Assembly: GCA_051362555.1 (NCBI GenBank)
Contig: CM120646.1
Location: forward strand, 22,568,001 to 22,632,000
DNA: 64,000 nt
Direction of reading: 5' to 3'
Source: Lingula anatina
Taxonomy: Eukaryota; Animalia; Brachiopoda
Under the pieces are notes generated by a model that searched no databases, was not told where the DNA came from, and saw only the letters and a program-made list of their open reading frames with translations. Positions within the stretch are counted from its first letter, which is position 1. Each line of letters starts with the position of its first letter. The position numbers and the translations under genes were made by a program. Shown here in pieces: positions 25,401 to 34,400 of the stretch.

Positions 25401-28400
25401 GGGTATATATTTTATGCATTATCATTATCATTATTATTATTGTTGTTATTCCAGGTTTTGCAATAAAAGCCCATTGTGAAGAGACTGCAGCAAACACAGT
25501 GGACAAGGCCCTGTTTATAGACTCTTTGTTTGAGGCCCTCAATGTCACTACAGAGAATGGTACTCTATCTGAGGAAGGTCAGTGAATTGAGAAATGTTTT
25601 TAAAGGATCTGAAATATTTCTATAAGATGGAAATGATTTTATTAGAAGAGCCTCTTATTGTTTAGGATTGGTCATGTTTTTATGGTTTGTGACCTGTGAG
25701 ATATTGTTTGAATTTGTAAGAAATAAATTTTTGCATGTTTTTAATACATTTTTGTATTAGAACCCCCCCCCCCCCAAAAAAAAAGTTTCTTTGGGTCTTG
25801 AACATTCAAAATTATGAAGCACTAAATGTTTATAAAAAGCTTTTGAAATGTGTTTTCAGCATTTGAAGCTCTCCTTACAAAGTTGAAAATCGGCGCTGTG
25901 AGTGGAGGAGAGACAGGTACCATTGTCGAAGGAGGTGGTGGTCACGATGGCCATGACCACCGCAGAAAGAAACGAGACACCCACAGCTCACTGGTGCAGA
26001 GAAAGAAGAGAGCAACTGGCGACCCTACGACTTCTCCCTCTGCCTCGGCCATGGAAGAAGATCACGAGCATGAGGCTGTTGAGAAAGTACGTAAAGGGTG
26101 TGGCCATCTTCATGCATTCATAAATTTTTTATTCACCTGTACATGTTGATTCCAAATATTTACAAACATTATTCCATAATTGTTGATAAAATGTTTAAAA
26201 TAGATTTATTCATTTTGAATGCATTCTCTGTGTTAAAAATTGAGATATTTGAAAAACAAGTTTATTAAATCAATGCAGGTGCCAGATGCTCTAAAACTAT
26301 TATAATAATGATAATGTTTATTGAGCACTTAATTTGTACAATCTACGAAGAGTAGTTTATAAACATTACATGTATACAGGAAATGAGTATAAAAAGGGGA
26401 TATTTTGATCTTGTTTCCAGTGTTTTAATGGCGAGGATCTTCTGACGGTGTTTGGGGTGGACCATGAGGCTGGAGTAACCAGAGCACAGTTTACTGACCT
26501 GTGTCCAGCATTAATACAGCAACAGATCACTGGGGCCTGCAGCGGGAGTCCTGCCAACACCACCAAGGCCAACACCAAGGCCTCCAGCACTGCAGAAAGT
26601 ATGCAGTGGTTGTTTTTTTAAATCATATTTATTGATTTAAGAAGCACATGTAATAATATATGCATACAAAAGTGGCAATTTGCTAGTAGCATTATATGCT
26701 CACTAAAAAAGGCAAAAAAAAAAATTGAACTATCTAACAATAATGGCTATCTGAGATACAGTTATGTTTTGAATTGATAAACCAAGGTTGTCATAGTAAT
26801 GTAACATGGCATTTCAGATGGTTGATGTTGATAATTGTATACTATACTATTATTTTTTCATTCCCACAATATACATGTACTTAATAAGTGTTGTATTTAA
26901 GGCCATTGAATATTTAAAAACTATTAGTTAAAACTATTGTAATGACTGTGTTGAAATCGGAATTCATTTGAATGTAGCTTTTGATAATTATTGAGACTTT
27001 CTATATTTACTAAAATCGTATTCCTCTAGCTTGTTAACAATTTCATGACATCCTCAAAATAAGCATGATGTATCAGGGTTATTTATTGATATTTTTCTAT
27101 TGTAAATGAATTTTTTCCCTAACTTTCAGTGTATGGGTACGGGAGTCTTGCAGTGTTCATCATTTCTCTCCTTGCTATTGGTGGAGTGTTCCTGATCCCG
27201 TGCATGGGGCATACAGCTTACCAGTATGTGATGGAGACATTCATAGCACTGGCTGTGGGGACCATGGCAGGAGATGCTTTACTCCATCTTATTCCACAGG
27301 TAAGTTTGAGATAATACAGTGTCATTGGAGCAGTATGTACCAGCTAGAACACCTCACCTCAGCAAACAGGTGTTCTAGATATGAATATTGGGGAGGGGAA
27401 GGGGCAGGGTAGTATTTGACATGGTATTTTACCAAAAAAGAAACAAAAAATTTAAACTGAAAAAAACATATATTGCCACAGTCACATAAGGTTTTTAGGT
27501 ATCAGACATGAGCTTTTTTCGCGGAAAAGCAAAATTCTTTATTTTTTAATTCGATTCTGATGGTTCCTGAGGTTCGTCAAGGTTAGGTGTTGGGCTCCAT
27601 GATATATGTTCAGAGTTTTTTGTTTTTTTTTTGAAACCTAGGCTCATGTCTGAGGTATGTATGTTGACAGGGAAGAAATTGTATTGTGATTGTGGTGACA
27701 ACTGGTGATCATTCCTGGAGCTGGTTTTCTCCAAAGATCTGGAGACCAAAGATTGACCTCATAGGAGCACTAGTCTAGTAACTTATAGACTTGAGGCTTT
27801 GTTGAGCATCAATTCTGAATAAATCTGCAGTAGTCCCCTGAAATAAAGTGACTTGATATAAAGTTTAATTGAGTGTCAAGGGTGAACTGCATGTTGATTT
27901 TATGTATTAGATATTCAGTGCATTGATAAGACCTTCACATTTTTAAACTACTTCCATGTGCTTTTCAATCCAATATTTACAAACAGATTTTGCTGAAAAA
28001 TATTAAGGGAGTTACGACCAGTCCTCTTCTTGTGATTAATCTGTTAAATTTTATTATTAATTTCCAATTCCTTCCAGTCACTGGGACTTCATGGACATGA
28101 TGCCGAGGCGGAGCAGGGTCACAACCACTCTGATATCAACAATATCACGGTCGACAATTATGTCTGGTACACATCCACGGTACTCCTAGGTAGGTGGCGT
28201 TACAAGATGTGTGCATGTGCGCGTGCTTGTTTACAGGGGAAGATCCAGGATTATTTGAAGGGGGGGGCGGGTGTCCAGGACGCCAAGCCTCGGAAGCAAA
28301 GCCAACCATCTCCCCCTTGGCGTGGGGTTTGGCGCCTGGTGAAAGGCATCAAAAATTTTGGGTGTTTTGGAGGGCAAATAGTGATCTTTGGTATGGTTTA

Positions 28401-31400
28401 GAACTATGATTCAGCTAGTCAAAATTCTAATTGCAAGAGGGGAATATTGGTGTGATATATTTTTCAGAAGCTGAATCTTGCCACTGTGCTTAGTCGTGTG
28501 TGTGTGTGTGTGTTATGCGTATTATGTGTATTAAGGATTGTGTATACTGTGTATGGTGGTCATTGTTGTAGAAACACCTGCATAGATGATTATACATGTA
28601 CTGTTATATAGTAGCACATTAAAAAAAAAAAAGACGTATGCAAGATGGCATTTTTCATAATTAGTACCACCAGCGTGTACGCTGGCGGTACTCATGGTTT
28701 TAGTCCCGACCCGTATCGTACGGCTCCGCCGGCTCCGCCGGCTCCGTGAGCTCCGCCGGCTCCGCAGGGTGGCGTGGGATACAAGTCACCGTTACCGCTT
28801 CTCCTCCTAGACCGCATGGACCTGTGTTCCCATCTCCTGGATTTAGGTCACATATAATCTCAACTTGAACCCCCTGGTTTTTTTGTCTTAGTTGGTGCAT
28901 GCGCTTGGGCGTGAGACTCGATGAAATGCACCCTTGTCAAATTTTTTGAAAATTCAATGCTATATATCTCCTAAACGGAAAGAATTATGGGAAAAATTAG
29001 TATAGAAGTCCGACCGAAAGTCATATATGAGGATTTCAAATTTGCTTTTGGATTTGACCTTTGACCTTTTTTCAAGGTCAAACAGGCCAAAATTTTCAAA
29101 AAAATGGGAATTTTTTGCAAAAAAACTTTTATTTGTGCCGAATTTCAGAAACTACAGCACTCATATTATAGTGAGGGGATGCAATTAGGGACTTCTTTCA
29201 TCTTTGGGAGTTTGAGGTCAATCGGTGCATTTTCACGGGAGAAACGGCCATAAGATGCGGAAACTGAAAACTCTCCCTAATTCTGGAACCGTAAATGCTA
29301 GATACCTCTTGTTTTTTGCATTATGTAGAGCTTGTCAAGTGCAATACTGGAGGTGGTGTCCATATTTTTGTTTGCGATACGGTTAAGGAGTTTCGCTATA
29401 TCAAAAAGCACAATTGAGCAATATTCAGTGGTGAAAATAAAATGTGAAATACTCCAAAAGTAGCGGAGATACACCCATAGTTACTATTGAACTTGAATAG
29501 GAAGTCATATACTGGCAATCTTACTGTGACCTTGAAATTGACCTTCGACCTACTTTTCACCATGAACTGAACTTTGCAATTTTTCCATCCCTTCTATCTC
29601 CAAAACTAGCAGAGATAAACTCATAGTTACTGTTGAACTTGAATAGGAAGTCATATACTGGCAATCTAACTGTGACCTTGAAATTGACCTTTGACCTACT
29701 TTTCACCATTAACTGAACTTTGCAATTTTTCCATCCCTTATATCACCAAAACTAGCAGAGATACACCCATAGTTACCATTGAACTTGAATAGGCAGTCAC
29801 ATACTGACAATCTAACTGTGACATTGAAATTGACCTATGACCTACTTTTCACCATGCACTGAATTTTGCAATTTTTCCATCCCTTTTTTCTCCAATACTG
29901 GCAGAAATACACCCATGGTTACTTTTGAACATGAATAGGAAGTCGTATGCTGGACATCTAACTGTCATATTTAAATTGACCTTTGACTTTTTTTTCACCA
30001 TGAACTGAACTTTGCAAATTTTCTATCCCTTATATTTCCAAATCTGGCAGAGATAGGCCTATTTTTTTCTTTCAATATTTTTGCAACACTGATAATGCAT
30101 TTTAAAGAAAACCAACAAGCCTATTGTCTTGAAAATCTGCTTGATCAGACGATTTTCATAAAATTGTGCTGTTTTTTTTTTTTTTTATTTTGGGTGAGGG
30201 GGCATATTTCTTGTCTTGTTTATTGCATTTTGAAGAGCTTGTCAAACACAACACTGGTAGTTGTTCCTGTTTGTTTTTGGTTTTCATACGAATGCGCTTA
30301 CTCCAGCTGGTGGTACAATATCCGGAGGCGGTATCGCCTCTCTGATCCTCTAGTTTTAAGAGTAAAATAAACAACATTGCTGTAACAATAGTAAATTATA
30401 CTTTTCTGAAGGTAGAACTCATGATCATTCCTTTGTGTAAGCTTACCAAGTGTTTTTCATGTTTTTTTTTTTTTTGTAATGTTACTCCACCGATGTACAA
30501 CAATTACCTTTAATAGGTTTTCAAATAATCAAAATTATCCATTTTATCTGTTTAACATTTATTTTGTTGTAGCTCTGTATGCATTCTTCCTGTTAGAGAC
30601 TGTGATGGGAATGCTTGGAGGAGGACATAATGTAAGCTGACTGTATTTGTAAAGTCATTTATCAGACAAAAGTCTGATATCAATCACACATGATATTACA
30701 TCTTGTAAAACTCCATGATGAGGGCTTTATCTTAAACGAAGTCTTGCTGAAAGCAATTAGCTGTGTCATGCTGTATTCCATGTGAAAACACATTTTTGTC
30801 CAGCTGTATGTGGCTCAACAAGCAATAGTGCATGGAAAACCCCTGCAAACCAGCTTGTTACCCATAATAATTACTAATAAATGGTTGCATGATGTTGCAT
30901 TGTTTGCCAAATATGCTATATATTCTCATAACTTTATATTTCTTAATTTAATTGTATATTGTCCAAGTATGAGCATACATGTAACTTATTGTATTTGTCA
31001 TTATATTAATGCAGATGCTTTTATTGATAATAGTTAAATTTCAAAGATGCATTTGTCTGAACTTGGCTAAATGTTTAATGTCTTACTGATGTTTAATTTC
31101 TAGCATTCACATATGGGACCAGATAAGGTGCGTTTTATAACCTTTTAACTCTGTTTTATTGTATAGCCCTACAATAATTGACTATTAAGTACATATGAAT
31201 CATGGTAAAAATCAGCCACACTCTTTGTCCTGTCCGTGGGAAGTTTTTAATTTAAAATATAATTTTCCATTGTTTAATAATACTTACTATTGCAGTATTT
31301 ATTGATAGATATATGAAATGGTGTTTATTTAAAAGATTAAAAATGTGACTATAGATACTATTATTGACTTATGTTGTTTTATTGTCTGCTTTTAAGCATA

Positions 31401-34400
31401 TTTCTTAGCTAGGTTGACAACAATGTAAATAAGCAGAAATGATTATTATTTAATACATTATTCATTACATAAATAAATTAAATACAATAGTGTTGTTTCT
31501 ATATTTTCAGAAACCAGAAATAGTCCACAAGGAACCAGTGGAAGCAGATTTTGCCCATACTGATGAAGTGATTCGCAGAAGTTTTCGTCGCAAGAAGAAC
31601 AAGGAATTGAAACAATCAACGTCTGTCATTGAATTTGCTGACAAAGAGGTAGAGTCTTTTTTTAGCCAAAACACATATTGAACTTTAAGTTGAGCAAATT
31701 TCTTTAAATTTTATGGACTTTTGTAGGGTTGAATAAAATTTTTATGGGCTCTGTTTTTTTTTTTTTTTTTTTTTTTTTTTTTGGGGGGGGGGGTCACCCT
31801 GTACAAGATATGACTCCATGAAAATAAATCAAATGATTTTAGAAAATTAACTGCATGATTTTAGAATATTAATGAATGATTTTAGATTAGAGTAAGAGTG
31901 ATGATAAGATTGCACAATGTTGTAAGCGCTGTTATAATATATCTTATTATCTGATGGAAAATTCAGACATGATTTTTGGGTTGTAAGAAAAACAAAGTAA
32001 GAAAGATGAAATGGTTTTTGGGCCTTAACACTGGGGTTCTGAGGCAGCTTTAGGCAAGAAACAGCCAAGAAAAATTCAGATTTTTATGATAAATTTGAAA
32101 GAAGTCATGTCTGAAAATTCATTTGAAAGATGTTCATTGTGTGTTTTTGCAAACAAAAATATTTTTCTTCTCATTTATGTGACAGGGTAAACTTAAGGTT
32201 CCATCAGTAAGAGTAAGTGACAGATGATTTTATCAAACGCTGAAGAATTCAGCTGACTGTGCTTTACTTGCTATGCACTTCTTCTAATGTTTGTATGGAT
32301 GCTTCAAACAAAGGGCTTGGTACTTTTCTTCAAGTTTACACATGGTCTATTTCTTCAGCACATAAAGAGATAAATGATGTTAAATATACATAGACCCTGG
32401 CAGTTTTTGAAAGAAAGTGCAATGATTTGCAAGACTAATTAAAAAGCTGTTGAATGCTGCTGACTGACAAACTAACATGGCAATCTAAAAATTAAAAAAA
32501 AAATTAATGCCTTCTTAATGCAGAATTTGTAATTAATTAACTAACTGATTTTATTTTGAGAATTCTTTTTGTTGCAAAAGACTAAATAATGTGCCAGGTA
32601 TAACCAAAGCTTAATTAATGTTTGACCCTGAATGTTATAACTTTCTTATTCAGTTGATATTCATTTTCTGTCATGTACAACATTTTCTGCTTTTTATTTC
32701 ATGTGTTTGCTTAAGGTTTGTTGAGCAATCTAAATGTTTTATTTTAAAAGTGATATTCATATATTCTACATGCCCTTGAATTTTAACCTGGATCCAGTGA
32801 GTAGAGTGTATGGATCACAAGCATATGACAGTTTAGAGATTTGCCATAAGTTTGGCCTACATTTTGACCACTTTTCTATCAATGGTGCAAAACATTTTAC
32901 AATATAGGGTTTAGAAATGTCAAACTATCATGGAATCACAATATATTTTTCGGTTATCATCAGAAAACAGTGTTTTCTATTGCACCAAGTACATGTACTT
33001 AAACAAAATTAAACTTTCTGACATTTTTTCTAGGGAATGACAAATTATAATGACAAACTCTGGAAATTCAGCTGTATGCACAGATTTTAGAAAATATAAT
33101 GGAACTGTATATTAGTTTTGATGGAAAAAACGATTTCCTTTGGAATAAACAGTATTTGTGTTTTAAAATACAGATCAGGAAGAAAATTTAATGAAGCTGA
33201 TGATGAATGACAAAAAATAAGTCTCACATAATACTTCATTACTATTCAGAATGTCATTTTACAATTTAATTATGTCACTCTGATTTCTCTCAGGTCACAG
33301 ACGAGAATGGTTTTGCTGACAAGATGGAGAATGGTGTAGAAAACGGACATGCTGTAAGTCTCCCAGATGTCAAGGTCACAACAGAGGAGCCAGAGGCGAC
33401 CAGTCCGCCCAGGAGGCTGAGCGTCACCAAGGAGATAGATGAGGAAGAGGAGGAGAATGTAGCCTGTTATAAAAGTAGGTCAAGGACACTGTTTTGAGTA
33501 GGTCAAGGTCACTGTTATATGAGTAGGTCAAGATTACAGTTGCTAACTACATGTACAAATATTTATCTGTTTGTATTTCTTCATTATTTTTTTATGTTCA
33601 AAGATAATGAATTGAATCTTTTTAAAGGCATTCTGTTGATGTACATGCCAGTTACTTACCACCATTTTAATCATGTGTTCACTCCAGGTTAATTTTGTTT
33701 TGTTACCTATTATGCTTATTCACCTCTCTTCCTTTAACATTTGATGCTTAGTTGTCAATGATAGCTTTTTATGGAATTTTGTGGAACATAAAATGGTGAT
33801 TTTTACTATCATTTTTCAGTGATATCATATCACGTTGGTTTTTGCACAATTATTTTCTATCAACCAATGTTTTACATGTTTTCTTTTGATTTTGTTGATT
33901 GGTTTACACATTTAACTACATTAAAAAGTATTAATTTTTAAAATGTATAAAAAATGTGTTGGTGTGCACAGAGGTTCAACTCAGTGAGCTTCCTTAAATA
34001 TAGGTTTGTATAACTGGATCATGTACTAGGGTTTTACTATATGATTATTTTTTAATTGTTATTCAATTTGTAGCATATCTATCCACCATGTTATGATTAT
34101 GATTGTAATATAAACCATCATGCTTTTCTTCAATGGCTTTGTTCCATATAGAAATCAAAACTGTTGTCTGGATGACATTGATTGGCGATACAATCCACAA
34201 TATGGCGGATGGCATGGCAGTGGGAGCCGCCTTTGCTGCCAGTGTAAGCTCTGGTATCGCTACGGCAATAGCAGTATTTTTTCACGAGCTTCCCCATGAA
34301 CTCGGTAGGTTGGAGACATTGGAAACAAGATGGCTGCTGGGTCTAGCCACCTGCATATACACATCACAACACCGGGAAGACCTTTCTAGGGACAATTATT

